Shown here one piece after another: positions 36,038 to 36,152 of a stretch of DNA of 36,152 nt. The stretch lies in IMG/VR virus record IMGVR_UViG_3300032255_000010, positions 1-36,152 of that record. The stretch is one strand, 5' to 3'. Numbering within the stretch: the first letter of the stretch is position 1; every line of letters begins with the position of its first letter. The position numbers and the translations under genes were made by a program. Source of the stretch: a virus (lineage: Duplodnaviria; Caudoviricetes). The notes below the pieces were generated by a model that did no database searches, was not told the origin of the DNA, and saw only the letters and a list, made by a program, of their open reading frames with translations.

Positions 36038-36152
36038 TATCGGTGTCCCCACTGATATCCGCAATCGCCGCATATTTCTAGTGTTGTATCTGGCATGGCT
36101 CCATTCGTTTCCCAAAATGCCGTCTTCCAGTCTTCGCTTTCACATTCCGGGC
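36038..36152 (-). CDS. 3' end of a Zn-ribbon protein gene (...PECESEDWK...CGDCGYQWGHR), cut by the window end
   Basis: Hand-translated; stops just before the core site. Confidence 0.55.

Larger units (their letters stand above)
31009..36152 (+). mobile_element. Integron-like cassette array A (attI-like site, 8 complete cassettes, 1 truncated; probably continues at 1-914)
   Basis: Eight attC-like sites with cassette-specific R''/R' complementarity; no integrase. Confidence 0.9.

Noticed and set aside
1-36152. Direct circular join of the two window ends
   Set aside because: The last cassette starts GTTAGAT but the next R'' (84) is GTATAAC, and the ORF leaving position 1 is out of frame with the Zn-ribbon ORF ending at 36038. 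Sequence is missing between the ends.

Overview
Most of a tailed-phage genome with a P22-like (podovirus-type) virion module: terminase, portal, scaffold, coat, gp4/gp10-like tail proteins, tail fibre, three ejection proteins and an M15 endolysin with holin/spanins. It also has a lambdoid-style divergent early region: exonuclease, probable annealase and SSB leftward; Cro-like HTH, replication protein and NinG rightward. No integrase or CI repressor is visible. The outstanding feature is that both variable early operons are built as integron-like cassette arrays. I find 14 complete attC-like sites (58-133 bp) plus one half site, and the R'' of each cassette matches the GTTRRRY at its own start. 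Each array is headed by a copy of a conserved 54-bp attI-like element (4925-4978 and 31009-31062, inverted, 45/54 identical). No intI gene is in the window. Nearly all cassette genes are phage-type (Lar, two DNA methyltransferases, an HTH operon) and run opposite to the canonical cassette direction. Eleven use the core-site TAA as stop, and five start inside the attC loop. One cassette next to an attI-like site is in canonical orientation and looks captured. The inference is an integrase-less, reverse-oriented phage integron system that uses a host IntI. The two window ends do not join directly, so part of the genome is missing. All calls are by eye; no searches were run.
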